Assembly: GCF_018977255.1 (NCBI RefSeq)
Contig: NW_024704828.1
Span: 124,001 to 188,000, forward strand
Direction: 5' to 3'
Source of the DNA: Callorhinchus milii
Lineage: Eukaryota
Length of the DNA: 64,000 bases
Shown: one piece after another, positions 19,974 to 31,500 of the stretch
How positions within the stretch are numbered: position 1 is the first letter of the stretch
Layout of the letters: the number at the start of each line of letters is the position of its first letter
Notes under the pieces: generated by a model
What the model saw: only the letters and a program-made list of their open reading frames with translations
The model's database searches: none
What the model was told of the DNA's origin: nothing
Position numbers and translations under genes: made by a program

Positions 19974-22900
19974 TCAGTTCGGTGAAATCTCACCGCTGCG
20001 AAAGCAATTGCAAGTTATGATCCTGAGGAGAGTTAAACTAATTTTGAACATGGTCCCGTGGTTAAAGAGCAAATTATAAAACGTACGCACGGACAGGTTT
20101 CCTGTGTTGTCCGCATATTTCATTGCTATCAGAGGTGTGTAGAGTACATTCGTTTGGTAACGAAAAACTGGCCTCTCCATGCTGATCACTTTCATAGTTG
20201 CCTGGGAAAAAAGAAGTACTTTAGAATAACCGCGGAATATAGTTAATAACCTAAATAGTTGTTTTTTACGCTGTTAGCAGATGTCCCGATGTTTTCAACG
20301 ATCAAAGGTGCTTCAGACCTCACAGATTCGATCCTGTTTTTTTGTTGCAAATCCCAACATCTGTGTTTCTTTGACATTTAGTTATTTATAATAATAATAA
20401 TAATAATCCTTGTGTTCGATAGAGCTCCTTATCACACCGGGAAGACGCCTCAAAGCAAGCGCTTCCTCGGGATTTCCATTGTAAATTGTAGTGACTGTGT
20501 GTCTTGTCGGCAAACACAACAGCCACGTCCTTGCAAACAGCCATGAAGTGAATGACCGGTTTTATCCTGGGGGGAGTGGGGGGTGGGGGGAGCTCGGTCT
20601 TAACATCTCATCATCTCACAATATATCCCACAATACCCCCCCAGCACTGTGCTGGTTAATGAGCCCGGATTGTGAGTTTGCTGAATACCTGTGCAATCGC
20701 GTCCGGAGTCTGACCCATTGTCATAAAGATGTCGTGGGAAGCAGGAAGATAGACGTCCTTAAAATACTGGACGGTCACTGGGTCTGCTCCCGGGAACTCT
20801 GATTGAGACACCTCCTCCATCAGCTTCATCTCGAATTCTGTGTTGACCGGACCTGGTTCAATCATTGACACGCTAAATCAATTCAAATAAAATCAAAATT
20901 AATCTGGTCAAGTCATATACCTATGTTGTTTCATTCGGTTAGTTATTGGGGCAACTGAGGGTCTGACACGGGGAAACACTTCGCTGTGTTTAGGGGTCTC
21001 TAAACCCAAGTCGGTAAGTCACCTGCACACAGAAATCTCTGTGTCTTGAAGTGGAATGCACATTCTCTCTCCCCCCCTCTCTCTCTTGGTCCCGGGAGGG
21101 ATGCATCTTGCCCAGAGGCAAGAGTGCCTCTGAATGAGCTGACCCCCAATTCTGGAGAGTATTAGGCAGGGTGGGGATGGCCAAGGCCTGGGACCTTAGA
21201 GAGTCCATTGGTGGGGAGGGTACCTTAACCAAGTAACTGCTGGAGTTTACCCAACAGCTAAAATCTGTGTATCAAAAAGTCAAAACTTACTAGATATTGA
21301 ATTTCAGAAGTTGAACCGCAAGGCTCTCACAGAATCCCTCGATGGCAAATTTGGAGGCAGCGTACACGTCATTAAATACCACTCCTAAGCAAAAAGAAGT
21401 CCTGTTAAATTGTATCCCAGTAGCTATGAAAGACCTCTCCCTACTTCTCTGATTTACTCGTACTCCACTCTCCTGCGAACCCATCCCTCCCTTTGCTTAG
21501 CTAACTCGGATGACCTCCCCCCACCCCCATCCCCGCACCAACATTGGGTGTCGTTACTTCAGCCACCACATCTAAATTATGCAGTAATGTCTAAACCGGC
21601 ACATCAGAATATGCAGCTGCCCCCTCCCGCCCCCCCCACCCCATCATAACCCTCCACTCCCCTAATCTAGTACCCTCCAGAATGAGGTAAGTGGGGTACA
21701 TCTCTCGAGGGGGGAGAGAGAGTGTGTGCCAGATGGGGAGATTTCCACGTGTAGGTGGCATATGCACGTGTAGGACTCCAGGTCTGTTTTGGAGACTCGA
21801 AGCAAGGAGATGGGTTTTCACGCGTGGAGGTCAGACTCCTGGATGATCAAAGAAAAATGCCATGAATTTAAGCGCCTGTACCTTGCAGACCTATGACACT
21901 GCTCATCACGACAATGTGGCCACTTTGCCTTTTCTTCATGTCGGGCAGCAGAGCTTTGATCATACGAACAACCCCAAAAAAATTTGTTTCAAAGATAGTT
22001 TTCATTTCCTCGATGCTCAGGCTTTCCACTGGTCCTATCTTTCCAACCCCTGCGTTGTTGACTTGATCAAAATAATTCTGATGTTAATAACAATAGTAAT
22101 CTTCGCATTTGATGCAGCGCCTTATCATGTCATCGAGACATCTCAAAGCGCTTTCCAAAGTTATGCTATCAACCCTCCAAAACACTGCCCCGTGATACAT
22201 GAACAAAAAGGTGTTGTTGTTCAAGTGTAGTGACTGTGTGTGAAGCATTCATTAAGGAGGATGTTGGTAAGCTATTTCCAATTGCTGAAGAGTCTGGGGA
22301 AGGTGTGTGTTCGGGGTAAACGAATAGAACAAATTAATATCGTCAATAGAAGATAGACAGCGGTAGATTGAATGGAGAGTTTAGGAGGAGCTTCTTCATG
22401 GGGAGGGTATGAGAATGTGGAACTTACTGCTGGGGTTAAAGCAGAAATCTTTTAAGTGTTTAAGAGGAAACCTGATGCAGAGATGTAGGGACTCCGTGAT
22501 GGAGTTCCAGAGAGCTTACCTCTGCAATAAACTTAATGTACCAGTTATCAGCCCAACTGCACACCCTATCAAGCTCTCTCACTGAGTAGGGGAGTTGGCT
22601 GGAGTACTGGGGGGAAGCAGAATGGTTGGTGATGGGACAGGTAGAGGTGGGGAGGGATAGGTAGGGTGGGGGGCAGAGATGAATCGGGTGGTATTTAATG
22701 AATACACAAGGGAGAAGTGACTAGAAGGGTGTCAGGAAGGTGGGATATAAACACCGGCTTCGACGAGTTGGGTGTAAAGGCCTGTTTGCACGCTGTCTGG
22801 TTGTGTGTTACTCTTGAGTACACAAAGCTTCACTCGCTTACCCACGATATCGACTCGCCCGGCTTGAATGCTGCTGAGACACTGGGTCACAGACTCATCA

Positions 22901-24412
22901 TAGCAGACGTCCAGCTGTGCGATGTGTAATGTTTTGTTCAGCGTCGCTCCAGCCGCCTCTTCCAACTTCCCTTTTTTACTCAAGTTCCTCATTGTCGCGA
23001 TAACTTTCCATACAGACGCCCCCACCACAGCCCCCACACAGACCAAAGAATAGCGTTAACTCGGTCACTCCGCTTCACAGTTAAATCCCACCCAAACGCT
23101 TCGAGACACCCTCTCGACATGGAAGGCTGACTGATCCCACAGATTTGAATCACTTTCTCTTCTATTAAACATTGTCGGCCTCTGGCTCAGTCGGCAGCTC
23201 TCTTGTTTCTGAGTCAGAAGATTGTGGGTTCAAGTGGGTGGGGGACGTGAAACTCGTAGAGTCTAAGATGACTATATGAGTTATTATTAAGATGGTATTC
23301 AAGTAACGGGAATTTCCCCCTCTCAAGAGAAAAAAAAATCCTGTCAAGCGCTTTGAGACGTCAAGAAGACGTGAAGAGCGCTGTATCAAATGCAAGGACT
23401 ATTATTATTATTATTACTATGATAAAATTCTGAATGTCGACCCAATCGTTAGTAATCTTCGCATTCCACACCTGTTTTTCATGTCTTGAAGTGCTTTGCA
23501 GGATTTCACTGTGTTTTTTGTGGGCCACTGGCGTCGCTGTAATTTAGTGATCAGAATTAGACAGAAAGCTTATTATATATAAATGTAGCACATGTCCCCG
23601 TTAATCCTTTTACACCTAATCTTCTCGAACTAAATCACTGTAACACTCCAGATAAATGACCCTGTACTGGACTGTTTCATAACAAACACAAACACATCTT
23701 GAATTGCAGTAAAATAATCGAGTTGATTTGGGGGTGAACTTTGGTCCATGTAAAAAATAAAAATGACGAAATAGACTTTACTGCAGTTTTTTTGTTTGCT
23801 AATGATCTTAACGTTAATTAATAATTGATGATAATAATAATCCTCGCATTTAGACAGCACCTTATTACTTTCCGTCTCAAAGCACTTTGCCGGATTCGCT
23901 GTCGAGTGCAGTGACTGTGTGTTTTGTGGGCGAATGTGGAGCTGAAGTGCAACACCGACGTCCCCGAGAAGAGCGAGGAAGCAAATGAGTGATTTTATGG
24001 TGGGGGGTGGAGGGGGCAATTTGTCAGGCAGAACACGGGTTGTGGGGGAGAGAAACTCTTCTCTTTTCCGACAGCTTCTTTAACTTCTGCCTGAACGGGG
24101 AGGAAGCTCGGTTTAATGCCGCCCGCACACACACACACACACGCCCCCCCCCACCCCGCGCCACACCGGAGCGTCAGTCTGGACCGTGTGAACTCAACCC
24201 AAGGGGACTCGAACCCACAACCTCCCAACTCGGAGACCAGAGCGCTGGCCGGCGGCTGAGCTCCGGCACGAGACAGCCCAGCATGGGCCATCAGCAAGCC
24301 ACCTACCGTGAAATCGCTTCAGTGGGTCGCTAGCGAGTTGCACAGCGAGCCTCAGACCGATCCCCGAGGAGCAGCCAGTGATCAGCACGACTTTTTGCCC
24401 GTCGCTCGCCAT
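19974..24412 (-). CDS. RDH8: Retinol dehydrogenase 8-like (photoreceptor SDR), 6 coding exons
   Basis: Exons 24412-24307, 23003-22842, 22061-21882, 21384-21291, 20872-20689 and 20201-19974, GT-AG and in phase. Rossmann motif [16 protein letters not shown], catalytic [15 protein letters not shown], and C-terminus [12 protein letters not shown] (Cys pair plus IxPx, typical of RDH8). Confidence 0.9.
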
Positions 24413-25794
24413 TGCTGACAGAGCCCAGGAGCCTGAGCCGGACACTGGAGAGGCTCAGCGGCTGGAGAGATGGGATAAGCTGGCAGCTTAAGCGAGGGAT
24501 GTTTACGTCACCTTTGTGCACTCGGACCGGTAATCCACCGTGGACACTGATTACAGGCGGTTTCCAGCTGCCTTAGGTCGGCTCAGAGTTTTAATAACAA
24601 GAAGAAGAATCCTTGCATTTGGATATAGCTCTTTATCACGTCGTTGAGACGTCTGAAAGAGCTTCACAGGATGTACTGTAAAGTGGATTCACTTTAAATA
24701 AATTAGATAGGGAAGGGTACCAAGCCCAGCTCAGCGGGTTACGCTGCCCGGACATCTTAGGTTGGTTTGCTGACTACAACGCAGGGCTTAATTTAATTTT
24801 TTTGGATGCTGTGGATTGATTTTCCCCCCAAATCCCCATTTCTCTCTCTCCCTCCCTCCCGGCTCCCTCCCTCCCTATGGGTTTCTCCAGCGAGTGCAGA
24901 TGAACGCCCCAGGTTCAATTCCCTCGCTCGCTTTAACTCGATCAGTGAGCTTAGCTCAGCCAGTTGGTCAATTGGCCTGAAAGGCCAACTTCCATCAGTG
25001 GCCGAGCCTTCAGCCAATGCGCCCTCTAACCTCTGGACTCCCTGCCCCTACTACTCCTCCGCCTGTGCCCTCTTTATCTTTAATAGATAAGCCAACCGAT
25101 GACCTAGTTCTTCAACTGCGCGATGATCCCCCCCCTCCCGCCGCCCACCGTGCAATTCTCCAAGATGATGCCCTATGTGATGGGCGCTACGTGAACGCAA
25201 GTTGTCGTGTGTTTTGTGGGCAAACGCGGCAGTTAATTTACACATTTTGACATCTCGCAAAAATGGCCGTGAAGTGAACGACCAGTTGTAGCTGTGGTGA
25301 TGGTGGGGTGGGGGGAAGGAGGGACTTGTCGGTCAGGATAGTTGAGGTGGTGGGGAATGGCTGGGCTGTGTAACATGGGGGAATTCTACGTTCCCTGCGC
25401 TAGAACCTTTAATTGAACAATATTATGGGGGAAGCTGAGTAAACGAGCGGTTCTTTGAACTCTTGTGTTATTGACTCTGTGTTGCGCAGCATTTGACTGT
25501 TTACACTGTGAACACAGAGAGGAACAAATTAGTCATTATCGATGGCAGAGAATCGGAGCCCAAAATTCCACCCCGTCTCACTCTTTTTTAAATTGATTGA
25601 TTGATTGATGGATTGATGGATTGATTGATTTAGAGGGGTTTAGAATTGTAGCACCTACAGGAGGCCATTCGGTCGATCGAGTCCGTCCCAGCTCTCCGAG
25701 CAAGCTTTCCACTCAATCTCACTGTCTGCACCCTATCCCCAAACCCTTCAAGTCTCTATCCTTCTACATGTGTATACCCCCCTTCATGTACGTT

Positions 25795-26195
25795 GTCAGG
25801 TTGGCTCAGTGGTAGCTCTCTCTCTCTCTCTCGCCTCTCGAGTCAGAATGTTGGGGGCTCCAGCTCCATGTCAGGACTTGGAATCACACACGTAGGCACA
25901 TCCGTAAGATGACATATCAGTTCAGTGCTGCGGGTGCGCTGCATTGTTGGAGATGCCGTCCTTCAAGTGAGGTTAAACTGAGGTCCTGTCTGCCTCTTCA
26001 GGTGGACGATAAAGATTCCCATGGCTCGAAAAGAGAAAGAAGTTTCTCCCGGTGTCTGGCCAATAATCCCCCCAAATAAAAACGTGTCACTCACTCCATG
26101 GCTGTTAGTGGGATGTTGCTGTGTGCAATTGTGCTGCTGCGTTTGCCCACAAAATACTTCACAGTAAATTCTGTGAAGCGTTTTGAGGATCTTTA
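25795..26195 (+). mobile_element. Deu-domain-type SINE (SacSINE1/AmnSINE-like); related copies at ~31250-31625 and ~52525-52945
   Basis: tggctcagtggtagc..ctcgcctc..gagtcagaa head; central gccgtccttc..gttaaactgagg..caggtggacg..aaagat.cccatggc block; tail shared with the other SINE family. Family name is from memory. Confidence 0.7.
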
Positions 26196-26614
26196 ACGTC
26201 TGTCTGAATAGGGCACGGACTAGGTGGCTCGCAATCCCACCCCTCCACCTACCCAACCCCCAGCGCTACATTGGAGCTTTGTTCTAGACCTCGTGAGCTC
26301 AAAGTCTTCTGACTCGGAGGCGAGAGTGCTGTCACGTGAGCCAGACTGACACACTTAGAAAGGACCTAAATGACTTATTCCGAGCTTCAGTCACATTGCA
26401 AGTCTGTCCGTAATCATAAGGTCACCTTATCTGAGGTAAACTTGTCCTAAGATGCGTTTCACAACAGGATCTCGTATAATCTCCCTCTGTGTTTACAGAT
26501 GTCCTAATAACAATTTGTTGTTTTCAAATTTTTTTTTAAACTGTACCCCCCCCCCCCCCCACCGGGGTCCTGGCCGACAATCCCATGGATAAAACCAGTG
26601 GGATGGGGATGGCT

Positions 26615-26865
26615 GTTTACGGCCTCGCTCCCTCCTACCTCTCCAACCTACTATCCCCCTACCTACCTGCCCGTACCCTCCGTTCCTCTGGCTCCGGTCT
26701 GCTCCACGTCCCCCGCCCCAATCGCCCTACCATCGGTGGTCGGGCCTTCAGCCTCTCAGCCCCCAGGCTCTGGAACTCCATCCCCCAGTGCCTTCGCCGC
26801 TTCCTCCCTTTCCTCCTTCAAGGCCGGTCTCAAAACCTTTCTCTTTGACCGTGCCTTCAGCTCCC
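26615..26865 (+). mobile_element. L2-type LINE 3' fragment
   Basis: GLAPSYLSNLL..RTLRSS..GGRAFSLSAPRLWNSIP..FKAGLKTFLF, the typical L2 ORF2 C-terminus. Confidence 0.85.
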
Positions 26866-27252
26866 CTCTCGACTCTCTTCCCCCTCCTTGCTCCCTCCCT
26901 TCCCTCCCCTCACCCTGACCATTTCCCCCCTCCTCGCTCCCTCACTTCCCTCCCCTCACCCTGACCATTTCCCCCCTCCTCGCTCCCTCCCTTCCCTCCC
27001 CTCACCCTGACCATTTCCCCAATGCTCGGGTCATGACCCAACTGTGCAGCGCCTTGGGACGTCCTCCTGACGTGAAAGGCGCTTTATAAATGGAATCTTG
27101 TTGTTGTTGTTGTTGTACGGTGATGTCAAATGTGTGCAAATCTGCTGCCACCTTCATCCCCATAACGCGCAGTCACAGTAACACCCTGCAAAGCGCTTTG
27201 AGACATCTTGATGAGATAATAAAGCGCTGTCACAATTGCAAGGATTATTATG

Positions 27253-28574
27253 ACAGTGTAACTCCCGATAACTCGACCCTGGCTTAACTTGTGATCGTGC
27301 TGCCAATATCCTGGCCGCGTTTGTTTATGAATTTATACATCTGCCTAAGTTGCCATTCTTGATAAATCGCCACTGAGCCCTTTTCCTTGGAGCAGAGAGA
27401 TATCAGGTGTTCACTGTATGATTAGACAAGGTCAAACCGTCCCTCATGCCAGAAAACTGTTTGCTTCCTGGAATTCGCCTTGTCCGCTGGATTGCGATCA
27501 ACTCTTAAATAAATATGTTCACAGATAAAACGAATGGTGCAAATCCACCTCCAATGTTAAAGATTAATAGATATCATTCCCACATATAAACTGACAAGAT
27601 TTTTGGGGAGGTTTAGTCCCAGTGAAAGTCTGTCACCATGAAGGGGACATGTCTGTATCTGGTCCTGTGGACGTATTTCACTGCTTTCTCCCAATGTGGT
27701 GCACTGTAAGTATTAATATTCCTATTTCCTATAATAGTAATCGTTGCATTTGATACACTGCCTTTCATGTCAGGAGGGCGTCTCAAAGTGCTTCGCAGGA
27801 TTTTACTGTGGAAGGGGAGCGACTGTGTGCTTTGTGACCAAGTGGGGCAGTCAATTTGCGTGCAGTGACATCCCTGCAAATAGCCGTGAAGCTGAAACAT
27901 TACCCCCCACCCTCCCGTGCTGGCTGTGTCCTGTTCAGTCAGACACTAAAGATCCCCCGTGGCGCTATTCGAAAGGAGAAGGGAGATTTTTTTTCTGTCT
28001 CTCCTAATGTCCTGGCCAACAATCCCCCCCAGATAAATGTAGTCGTTCCCTTTAGGGCTGTTTGCGGGAATGCCTTTTTAAGCGCAAATTGGCTGCCGAG
28101 TTTGTCCACAAACTACACAGTCTCTGCACATCACAGTAAACACCTGTGAAGCGCTTTGAGATATCCTTCTGATGTGAAAGGCGCTGTATAAAATGTAAAG
28201 ATAGTTATTAGTAGTAGTCCAGTAAACTGATAACTTGTCACACCTATCTGGAAGGCTGGTGGAAGCCGATTCAATAACAACTTTCAAAAGAGAAATGGAT
28301 AGATATTTGGGGAAGACAAGTTTGCAGGGCTGTGGGGAGAGAGCGGGGGAGTGGATTGATTTGGAAGCTCTTTTCAAAGCGCAGACCGAATGCCTCCTTC
28401 CATACTGTATAATTCTATGATGCTATGAAAGGGCTCTGACGAGTTATCCAGAGTGGGTGAGTTAGGCATATGTATAAATGCATAAATAAACACGGCCAAA
28501 ATATTGACAGCACGATGACTACTTGGTAGTGACAAGTTAAGCCAGGGTTGAGGAGTTACCAGGAGTTTTACTGT
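27253..28574. repeat. Inverted repeat pair (27253-27348 and 28462-28574) flanking the C3 promoter and exon 1
   Basis: Left arm accctggcttaacttgt..tcgtgctgccaatat..tggccgcgtttgtttatgaatttatacatctgcctaa matches the reverse complement of the right arm, apart from scattered mismatches and a ~14-nt indel. Confidence 0.9.
27425..27595 (+). promoter_or_regulatory. C3 proximal promoter with hepatic/acute-phase motifs
   Basis: TATAAA 27585-27590; HNF1-like GTTAAAGATTAAT 27556-27568; STAT site TTCCTGGAA 27465-27473; FOXA-like TGTTTGC ~27458; CAAGGTCA ~27427. ATG at 27638. Confidence 0.6.
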
Positions 28575-31500
28575 AATTATATTAATTACCTGTTAATTTG
28601 TTGTCTTTCCCCAGCTACACTCTAACGACTCCAAATCTCCTGAGGGTCGACATCTTCGAAAAGATTGTTGTGGAATCTCATGACACAAGCAGTGCCTTTC
28701 AAGTGCAAATCCGTGTCCAAGACTTTCCTGCCAAGTCTGAAATTCTGTTTTCTACCGAAGTCCATCTCTCACAAGATAATAACCCGGCCTCTGTGGAAAT
28801 CAAGGTAATCAGCTGAGGACGTAAACCGCAAGTTAATACTTACATTTATACAGCGCCTTTCACATCGGGAAGATGTCCCAAGATCCTGGATAGTCCAGGG
28901 TTTGCACCCGAGCTGGGGTGGGGGTTAAGGTGGGAAACAATGACCTAAAGAGCGGCCAAGAATAAAGTTTTGAGACGGACCTTAAAGGGGTGAGGTAGCA
29001 GGAACTCCAGAGGGTGAGGGCAGATAGGCTGAAAGCCTGAACCCGAGGTTGGGGCACAAGACACAAAGCGGAGGTGAGCCCCACTGAGCGAAGGGAGTTA
29101 TAAGTTTAGGTGACCAACCCTGTTTCAATGTGGTAGTGTGGGTTCAACACCTCGGTAACGTATTGCCTCTCCTCCCCGGTGAATTCCTGCGAAGCACTTT
29201 GAGACATTTCAACGGGTTACGGCGCAGTACTGAATGCGAGGATTATTATTAATGACGTATCTCTTTCCACCTGTTTTCTGCCCAGATTCCAGCTGATCGG
29301 GTTCCTAAAACGAGATTTAAACAGTATGTTATCGTGAACGCCAGGTTCCCAAACTTCGAATTGAACCGAGAAGTTCTTCTTTTATACGAAACTGGTCACC
29401 TGTTCCTCCAGACTGATAAACCAATCTACACACCATTGCAAAACGGTAACTCCTTCAGCAAATTATTTTTGGTCACCCGTCCGAGTGTCTCACCCGCACA
29501 CGAGGAAACCCGTTACTGCAATCGGCCATGTTTCTCATCCACGTGGAAATCTGTCACTTGTCTCCCAAACCAGCCCAAGAATTCTATAATTGTCACGTGG
29601 AATTGGGAATGGAATCACATTGTTCGCTCTCCCCCTCGAGGGTGGTGGCACCCTCTGCTTACCTAATTCTGGATAGTGTTAGGGGTGGGGTTTCAGGGCT
29701 TTCACTAACCTGAAATGAGAAGATTCAGATGCACTCCTTCACGCAGGAGCATAGCTTCCCTCCCTCTGGGGTGTATTGAATAAACCCCGGGGTGGGGGGG
29801 GGGATTTATATTCTAACACACAAAATGCGCATGAATTAATTAATGTTTCTCTGTCGTTGTGTCTCTGGTCTCCATTCTTAGTGCTTTACCGATTGCTCAC
29901 TGTGGACAGGGATCTGAAGCCAAACAACAAAAAGGCAACTGTTGAAATTTTGGTAAGGCTCTGACCTGATATATTCTCACGTAGATTTTGTATATTAACA
30001 GTGGACATATTGTCACCGAGGTATAATTATATGATGCTATGAAAAGGTCTCTGACGTCATGTACCTGTCCACGTGTCAGCCCCTCTGCCCATCCCCTCAC
30101 CCCCACCCCTCCTCCCCGTGCCTCAACGGGTTTAGTGGAGCCCTGATCTCTGCTTACTCTCACAGCTCGTTCCTCCTCTCAGACCCCACAGGGTGTCACC
30201 GTGCAGCAGGTCCAGATAAATAAAGAAAGCAGAATGAAGTCGTCTGGAATCAGCACGGGCACGTTCGCTATCCCAGAGCTGGTGCAGTAAGTAGCACTTC
30301 CCAAATTTGTCCCTGATGGAGAGGGGACGCTGCTCGGCCAGTCATTAACCACGGTGCAGTCTCAGCCTGTTGCTCTCTCGCGCGCTCTCTCGTCTCTGAG
30401 TCAGGAGGTTGTGGGTTTGAGTCCTGAGCTCACAGTGCACACCCCGGCATGTCGGAGGCAACGTCTAGGAACTCTAGGAGAGAAGGGAATTTCTCTCTCT
30501 CTCATAAAATCGTTCGTTCACTTCACGGCTGTTTGGAAGACGTGCTGCGTTCCTCCCACATGTCTCGACGACCCGCTAGTGCGCTGTGTCCAACATGAGG
30601 ATTATTATTCTTTCTTAACTAAATGTCGGTTCATTTCTACTTCCAGGTTTGGGTTCTGGAAAATTGTAGCAAAGTATGATACCGATGAGACCTACAATTA
30701 TACAACGGAATTCGAGGTCAAGGAATACGGTGAGGGATCCCACTGAACAAAGCAGTCGACCATTTGCTCCCTTACTGTTGATGGAATTGACCTGCCCCCC
30801 ACCACCACCGGTGCCTGTTCATGTTCAAACATCCCCGTGGCGCTATTGAAAAAGAGATGGAGTTCCCCCCACACACACGTACACCCACACATTCATACGC
30901 ACCCCAGTGTCGTAGCCGACAATCCCCCAAGTAAAAATTAGTTGTTCACGCTGTGCGTGCCTTGGCTGCCACATTTGCCCTCAAATCATGTGGTCACTGC
31001 ACTTTAAAATTTGTGTTGTACTGTAAGCCTAAAAATACCACTTTCCTCTTCAATAACACGCAGTACTCCCAAGCTTCGAGGTCGTGTTAGAACCGAGGAA
31101 GCATTTTTTCTACGTGGATGACGTGAAGTTGGACGTGGACATCAAGGCTAGGTCAGTGGGCTTGTCGGGGAGAAGAGAGCAGACAGGAAATCTGCTTTCT
31201 GTTCCGTGCTCACCTCACCCCACTTCCGAATTTAGGGTTTACACTTTGTCAGTCAGCCAGGCTCAGGGGCAGCTCTCTCTCTCTCCTCTGAGTCAGAAGA
31301 TTGCAGATTCAAGCCCCACATTAGGTCTTAGAATCACACAGTCTAAGCTGATGCTCCAATACAGTGCTGGGGTTGGGGGGGTGTTGCATTGCCGCAGGTG
31401 CCATCCTTCAAATGAGATGTTAAACCGAGCTCCCCGTCTGATGGTAAGATCTCTCTCTCCCAGTGTCCTGGGTGGCAGTCACCCAAATAAAGTAAGTTGC

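Noticed and set aside
26585-26848. ATG-initiated ORF as C3 exon 1 or a small gene
   Set aside because: It translates as the L2 ORF2 C-terminus. The real signal-peptide exon is 27638-27705, with a TATA box and correct phase.
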